Assembly (NCBI RefSeq): GCF_006345805.1
Contig: NW_021825616.1
Span: 1 to 14,896, forward strand
Length of the DNA: 14,896 nt
Source: Octopus sinensis
Taxonomy: Eukaryota
Direction of reading: 5' to 3'
Position numbers and translations under genes: made by a program. The notes under the pieces are model-generated. The model saw only the letters and a program-made list of their open reading frames with translations, had not been told where the DNA came from and did not search any database. Of the stretch, positions 8,825 to 14,896 are shown piece by piece. Position 1 is the first letter of the stretch, and every line of letters begins with the position of its first letter.

Positions 8825-9588
8825 AAGTTTACCTATCTTGGCTCTATCGTCACCTACAACCTATCCCTTGATGCTGAGCTCAATATACGCATTGGCAAGG
8901 CAGCTGCTGTGATGGCCCAACTCACCAAACGCGCATGGGACAACAATAAGCTGACCAAGACCACAAAAATGAAGATTTACCAGGCATGTGTACTTAGCAC
9001 TCTACTGTATGGAAGTGAGACTTGGACGCCATCCACACGCCATACGACGCCATACGTCGCCTAAATATCTTTCACCTGCGCTGCCTCCGGAAAGTCCTTC
9101 GCATCAAATGGCAGAATTATGTCCCCAACAAAGATGTCCTCAAGCAAGCAGGAATACCAAGCATGTTTGCACTCCTCACACAAAGATGTATGATATGGCT
9201 TGGACATGTTAGCCGTATGGAAGATGGCAGAATCTCCAAGGACATACTCAACGGAGAGCTTGCTGGGGGCACTAGGTCTGTGGGAAGATCGTTCTTACGA
9301 TACAAGGATGTTTGCAAAAGGGACATGAATGCCTGCAACATCAATATTACCAACTGGGAAGCAGTTGCCAGCAACCGTGGAGATTGGCGACGTACCGTAA
9401 AAGAGGGAACACAAAGGAGTGACATAGAGAGAAAGGAGAAATGGAAAGACAAGAAAAGACGTCAACAAGAAACTATGATATTACAACCAGCCAGGCAAAG
9501 TCTTCGCTACATTTGCGGCGCCTGCCAGAGGGAATATTTGTCCAGGATAGAACTACACAGCCACAGCAGGAGATGTATTAGGACATGA
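8825..9588 (+). pseudogene. RTE LINE ORF2 fragment (end of reverse transcriptase, thumb and C-terminal Cys/His motif), frameshifted at about 9037-9056
   Basis: Frame A, 8825 to about 9040, reads KFTYLGSIVTYNLSLDAELNIRIGKAAAVMAQLTKRAWDNNKLTKTTKMKIYQACVLSTLLYGSETWT. Frame B (ORF 9022-9588) continues RRLNIFHLRCLR... to CGACQREYLSRIELHSHSRRC. Confidence 0.92.
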
Positions 9589-9660
9589 AATGTAAAAGCC
9601 GGACTAGATTATTTTATGCGCAACTCCATTGTCTCCCGAGACAAAAAGAATGCCAACAAG
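8825..9660 (+). mobile_element. 5'-truncated RTE-clade (BovB-like) LINE retrotransposon
   Basis: The translation carries the RTE ORF2 C-terminal motifs KFTYLGS, RIGKA, KMKIYQACVLSTLLYGSETWT, LNIFHLRCLRKVLRIKWQ, WLGHVSRM and RYKDVCKRDM. A short 3'UTR ends CCATTGTCTCCCGAGACAAAAAGAATGCCAACAA. Confidence 0.95.
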
Positions 9661-9724
9661 AATATATATGGATTTCGTAGACAGGAACTGTAACAAATCA
9701 ATCGTATATATATGTAAGTGTATG

Positions 9725-9868
9725 TGTGTGTCTTTGTCTCTGTGTTTCGCCCTCATCACTGCTTCACAACTGCTGTTCATTTATTTACATCCACATAACT
9801 TACTGGTTTCACAAGAACAAACTAATAGAATAAGTACTAGGCTTATCAACATAAAAAAGCACTAGGCT
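9725..9868 (+). mobile_element. Old, diverged 3' fragment of the same SINE family
   Basis: ATAGAATAAGTACTAGGCTT matches ATAGAATAAGTACTGGGCTT in the 6049 copy; the upstream sequence aligns loosely after a (GT) tract. Confidence 0.6.
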
Positions 9869-9948
9869 ATGTCTCATATTTTTGTTTGCCCACTCAGTTG
9901 TATCTATCAATTTATCTTTGTATGTGTGCGTGTGTGTGTTTGTATCTA

Positions 9949-11265
9949 TCTATATATATATATATATAACACCCTAATGGGAGCCTTAACTCCCAAATTT
10001 TAGTCATTCCTTTTATGATCCAAAGCTAGGTCAAAGGTACTGAATGGATCTTTATGAAATTTGGAAATTTTATGCATAAGGGCCATAAACCCCATGACAA
10101 TTCATATATTTTTGCTGTTGATGAAATTTTAACCATAGATATTAGACACAAATGAAGTAATATTTATAAAATTTCATCTTCTTACAAAGTTAGAAAGACT
10201 CCTCCATGGGGACTTAACACCAATAATTTTGTCATTTTATCTAAGCAGAAACAAATACAGTTGTGCTCTTGGAAGCTGTAGGGTTACCCGATCATTATTT
10301 CTAATTCAATGGTACAACAGTGTAACAGTTTGCTTTGACATACACTTACATTGTGATTTCTGCAATGCGGTGCATAAATTGTCAAGTAAATGAGAGGCAT
10401 CTTTGCCTCCACTGATTCAGTTGCAAAGTGTTGAGTAAAGTTATTTGATTGCAGACCTCCTTTCAGTCTTTTTATTATCACTTGGTCACACATAGTCCCC
10501 AGATATAACATTGATTTCATGGCCTTCCCAGATGAGTGACTGGTTATTCAAAGACATTTATAGATTTTAAATTTATTCTGTCCAGTTACGTATCAGTATA
10601 GTGGTCATTTGCAAACTCCAGAGTCGACACTTTCATTTCTCCTTAGCCCTCACGTCAAACAGTTGTTAATGTTGATTTCAGTTGGGTCACGTCCTTCCAA
10701 TTGCTATAGATTCGTAATGCATCTTACGGCTGTGCCTGTCACCTGGATGGTGAGGAATCCTACATTGGGAGTGGTAACGACTAGGGTAAGGTAACTGACT
10801 GCTTATTGTGATCATTCGTCGTTTGGTTTCCTGTAGCTTTGCTCTCTTTTACAAATTCAGTGAACATATATTTCTTATTTCAAAGAAATTCAAACAATAG
10901 ATATAAGACCCAAGTTAAAAAGATTTTCAACAATTCAACTTCTCTGGTTGACATTAAGATGCCCACCCCCAACAGGGGCCTTAACTCTCACATTTTAGAG
11001 CTCCATGACCTTCATTTTTCAGGAGCAAAATCTTTTTCACAAGTTCAATAAGACTGGAATTTTGGAATATGCGCATAAAAATCAGTATTATGGGATACAT
11101 GTGGCACGATTACAATTTTTAGGGTGTGTAAAGAGTGAAATAACCCTCATCTGCAATTTTGATGAAATTCGAAGCATAGATATTCCAGTTCATTACAGAA
11201 GATATAACAGAAAAGTCTATTTCTCCAATTGAATGTAACCAGGCAACGCCGGGTATCTCTGCTAG
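9949..11265 (+). mobile_element. Probable non-autonomous Helitron
   Basis: The 3' end has a GC-rich hairpin ACCAGGC-AAC-GCCGGGT (11238-11254) 7 nt before CTAG (11262-11265), followed by T. A candidate 5' end A|TCTATATATA lies at 9948|9949. No Rep/helicase ORF is present. The 3' end is strong; the 5' end is tentative. Confidence 0.7.
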
Positions 11266-11267
11266 TG

Positions 11268-11298
<31 letters not shown>

Positions 11299-11366
11299 GT
11301 ATTCATCCATACACGCGCACATGTATATACATACACACAAACATACATACATATATATATATATAT

Positions 11367-11487
11367 ATCACCGTGATCACCGTGATCGACCAGGCTATCA
11401 GATGTCGTTACACATCGCTGGTCACAATGCGCTTCACATTGTTTTTTAGCCTTCAAATGACGGCACCCCGCTGGCTAAGCGAGCAGG

Positions 11488-11491
<4 letters not shown>
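11367..11491. repeat. Short GC-richer interspersed repeat of unknown class embedded in (TA)n
   Basis: A 125-bp island between two TA runs, starting with tandem ATCACCGTG x2. It resembles a repeat I recall from octopus DNA, but there is no second copy in this window. Confidence 0.35.
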
Positions 11492-11529
<38 letters not shown>

Positions 11530-11750
11530 CTTTTAGCTTTTACTTGTTTCAGTCATTAGACTGCGGCCATGCTGGGACACCACCTTGAATTTTAAAGTTG
11601 AATGAATCGACCCCATTACTTATGGTTTAAGCCTGATACTTATTTTATCGGTCTCTTTTGCCGAACCGCTAGATTACGGAGACGTAAACAAACCACCACC
11701 GGTTGACTAGCGGTGATGGAGAGACAAACACAGACCCGAAGACATACACT

Positions 11751-11808
<58 letters not shown>

Positions 11809-11968
11809 TATGACTGTCTTTCAGTCTCCGTCTGCCAAAACCACTCAACACTTTGGTCGGCACGAGGCTACAGTAGAAGACAGTAGCTTAAATTGCCACG
11901 CAGTGGGACTGAACCCGGAACCATCTTGTTGGAAAGATAGCTTCTTACCACAGAGCCACTCCTGCGCC
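11530..11968 (-). mobile_element. Same SINE family, full-length diverged copy with expanded internal (TA)n
   Basis: Tail CTTTTAGCTTTTACTTGTTTCAGTCATT, GCCGAACCGCTA, (TA)n at about 11754-11808, CCACGCAGTGGGACTGAACCCGGAACC, ending GCCACTCCTGCGCC. Confidence 0.9.
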
Positions 11969-11991
11969 TATATTCGCATAGCCACTCCTAA

Positions 11992-12022
<31 letters not shown>

Positions 12023-12249
12023 CACACACACACACACGCACACAAATAAATTGGTACAAACATACGCATACATATTACATATACATACACACATCGATAC
12101 ATACTTTATATACACAGGGGAAACCCCCATCAACCCGACAGTGCGCATATCATATACACATCTAACACAGAGACGCAAATAAGACGGCTATGGGTGGATC
12201 TATTATAAAATCTGAGAACCCCCACCCAACACGAAATCCTGACTACGCC

Positions 12250-12250
12250 C

Positions 12251-12328
<78 letters not shown>

Positions 12329-12553
12329 TTATATATATATATATATATATGTTGTGTGTGTGTGTGTGTGTGTATGTATTATGTGTGTGTGTATATATAT
12401 ATATATATTATACATATATATATATGTATGTATGTACATATATATGTATGTATATATATGTATGTATTTATATATATATATATACATATGTATGTATACA
12501 TATATATACATATGTATGTATGTGTGTGTGTGTGTATACATATATTTATATAT
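12250..12553. repeat. Compound (TA)n/(GT)n/(ATGT)n microsatellite
   Basis: Directly visible; source of several IYIY/VCVC pseudo-ORFs. Confidence 0.95.
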
Positions 12554-12716
12554 ATAAAAATACAAAATGGGACAAGAACGCAAAGCATCCCAGATAGACG
12601 ATACAAAAAACACACACGGGTCATTCGACGATACAAAAAACATTCGAAGCCTTTAATCTTCGGTCAAGAACCGGATCATCCTCGCAATTTCGGCTGATAT
12701 ATGTATGTATATATAT

Positions 12717-13792
12717 ATATAAGAATGAATGTTTTTATATATAATGAACGTGAAATACAGGAAGGGACGAACACGGAACACAGACAAATCATTCGAAGCC
12801 TTCAATCTTCAGTCAGAAACCGAATCATCATAGCAAATTTCGGCTGTTCAATTCTGATATTTGCTCCAACTCGGCCAGCTCCAAGAAAAAAACTAAGCTG
12901 TAAGCATTAGATTTCTTGGTAGAAGACAGAATGTGAACGCACAAGACGGATGTAAATACAAGAGACAAAACGAAATTGAAAACAGTAATGAATAAACAAA
13001 ATATATATAACGGTGGTTGTCATAACGACTTTAGACCAAATGAGACAAAACAACAACAACATAGCAGCTGGCGTAGAAATAATTACCGTTTCGGTAGCGG
13101 GGACACATGTTGGTCAAGATACGATGGCCAACAGAATGGTTAAGAATCAGCAGGTCGCAGGAGAGAGAGAGAAAGAGAGACAGAGAGAGAGGGAATCAAA
13201 GAGGGTGGAAGGCAGGGGACAGAATCAGTGACCAAGAGAAAAGGAAAAGAAGGATTAAGGAGGATGGGAGGAAGAGGGGGGAAGAATCGGAGGGCGCCAA
13301 AATAGTTTGGTGAAGAAGCAATGGCGGGTAGGAAAGACAGTGTGTATAGAAGTCGTGCAGGTTTAAAATTGGACAAACAAACGGGGGGGGGTGCACATAA
13401 CGCCGCAATAATATAAGAATGAATGTTTTTATATATAATGAACGTGAAATACAGGAAGGGACGAACACGGAACACAGACAAATCATTCGAAGCCTTCAAT
13501 CTTCAGTCAGACACCGAATCATCATAGCAAATTCGGCTGTTCAATTCTGATATTTGCTCCAACTCGGCCAGCCCAAGAAAAAAAACTAAGCTGTAAGCAT
13601 TAGATTTCTTGTAGAAGACAGGAATGTGAACGCACAAGACGATGTAAATACAAGAGACGAAAACGAAATTGAAAACAGTAATGAATAAACAAAATATATA
13701 TAACGGTGGTTGTTGTCATACGACTTTAGACCAAATGAGACAAAACAACAACAACATAGCAGCTGGCGTAGAAATAATTACCGTTTCGGTAG
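12717..13792. repeat. ~381-bp direct repeat (12717-13097 and 13411-13792) flanking a 313-bp purine-rich spacer
   Basis: ATATAAGAATGAATGTTTTTATATATAATGAACGTG ... AATTACCGTTTCGGTAG occurs twice, 694 bp apart, differing mostly by small indels. Confidence 0.95.
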
Positions 13793-13853
13793 TATATATA
13801 TACATATATATACACAAACACACATGTGTGTGTGTGTTTGTGTGTGAGTGTGT

Positions 13854-14076
13854 GTGACGAGCTGGTAGATGCGTTACTGCGTCGGGGAAATAAATTGCTT
13901 AGCAGCTTATCTTCGAGACTTAACGTTCTGAGTTCAAATAGCACCGGACTCGGTTTTGCCTTTCTTCTTTTCGAAAGTCGATAAAACAAGTGACAGTTGA
14001 GCACTGGAGTCGATCTTTATCTGTTTACAACCCCTCCCTGACACAGCTGTCTGTCCTTTCACCGAAATTTGAAACC
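13854..14076 (+). mobile_element. Diverged tRNA-derived SINE of another family
   Basis: A-box-like GAGCTGGTAGA, B-box-like GAGTTCAAAT (13930-13939), and a central GCCTTTCTTCTTTTCGAAAGTCGATAAAACAAGT resembling the conserved Deu/Nin-type SINE domain (recalled, not searched). Confidence 0.65.
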
Positions 14077-14171
14077 TACATACAAGCATACATATATACA
14101 TATAGATGTATATATAACATGTATATACATATATATATATAGATGTATATATAATATGTACATACATATAT

Positions 14172-14204
<33 letters not shown>

Positions 14205-14241
14205 TATATGTATATATATGTACAAACATATATATATATAA
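14076..14241. repeat. (TA)n/(TATATG)n microsatellite
   Basis: Directly visible. Confidence 0.92.
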
Positions 14242-14627
14242 AGTGAGCGCATGAATTATATTTATACATGTAATACATAAGTAAGATTCAGTTGATTTAG
14301 GTACTGGAATAATAGTAGAATCACTAAATGGTTTTGCTGGGTTTTTTTTTAAAACTATGTTAAATAATTTTGAATGTTGTTTATTTGGAAGTTCATGAAT
14401 TCATCTAACGAAATAATGCAATGTTTTCATTAATCAATTTTAAAAAGTCTTTATAAACGGCCGCAATGGATTGGCACCTGTACCTCCACTGTTACTCATT
14501 TATATTGTATACACACACATACGTATATATAGATATGTGTGCAAATATATATATATTCACCAATTGCCATGCTTGATCGCTAGTTCTACATTTTTTTTTG
14601 TTTTTCTCTGTTTATTTTCTCTTATTG

Positions 14628-14663
14628 CTTTCTGTTGAAGAGCGTAGGCTCGAAACGTGAAAG
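14628..14663 (+). ncRNA. Degenerate minimal type-I hammerhead ribozyme motif (Penelope-like element relic)
   Basis: CTTT | CTGTTGA | A | GAGC-GTAG-GCTC | GAA ACGT G | AAAG: stem I CTTT/AAAG, core CUGANGA with A6->U, perfect 4-bp stem II, palindromic ACGT stem III, and G at the cleavage position. Confidence 0.5.
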
Positions 14664-14749
14664 ACTTTTTTCATTTTCCCGAGCGCCAAAATAATACATT
14701 TGTTTGTTGTTCATACACTTGTCTTCGTCTTTTGCTTTTCTCTTTTGCC

Positions 14750-14820
14750 CTCTCTCTATCTCTCTCTCTCTTTCTCTTTCCTCTTCTCTCTTTCTCTCTC
14801 TCTCCTCTTCTCTCTCTCCT

Positions 14821-14886
<66 letters not shown>
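14750..14886. repeat. (CT)n microsatellite
   Basis: Directly visible CT run to the end of the window. Confidence 0.96.
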
Positions 14887-14889
<3 letters not shown>

Positions 14890-14896
14890 ACTCTCT

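Noticed and set aside
12113-12249. Possible small DNA transposon ending ...AAATCCTGACTACGCCC
   Set aside because: The right end looks TIR-like (GGGCGTAGTCAGGATTT on the minus strand), but no matching left TIR or TSD was found.
12686-12850. Minus-strand CAGCCGAAA motifs as additional hammerheads
   Set aside because: Only the stem II-GAAA half is suggested; there is no properly placed CTGANGA or GTH.
13013-13499. ORFs across the purine-rich spacer
   Set aside because: Low-complexity E/R/K- or S/L/P-rich translations with no homology cues.

Overview
Eukaryotic, AT-rich, microsatellite-saturated, repeat-derived DNA with no intact protein-coding gene that I can support. The SINE families and the (AT)/(ATGT)/(CT)/(ATCC) landscape look like an octopus (coleoid cephalopod) genome; this is inferred from recalled repeat sequences, not from a search. 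Main contents: (i) a ~500-bp-unit tandem array of ~4.9 copies (2107-4561); (ii) five copies or fragments of one tRNA-derived SINE plus two other tRNA-headed SINEs; (iii) a 201-bp hAT-type MITE with a perfect 8-bp target-site duplication; (iv) two related long-inverted-repeat (foldback/MITE) structures, one filled with nested insertions (4882-6674) and one with a telomere-like core (about 8063-8723); (v) a 5'-truncated, frameshifted RTE-clade LINE (8825-9660); (vi) a probable non-autonomous Helitron (9949-11265); (vii) a 381-bp direct repeat around a 313-bp spacer (12717-13792); (viii) a degenerate minimal type-I hammerhead ribozyme motif of the kind carried by Penelope-like elements (14628-14663). 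Almost all listed ORFs are translations of microsatellites. No CRISPR array, rRNA or genuine tRNA gene was seen.
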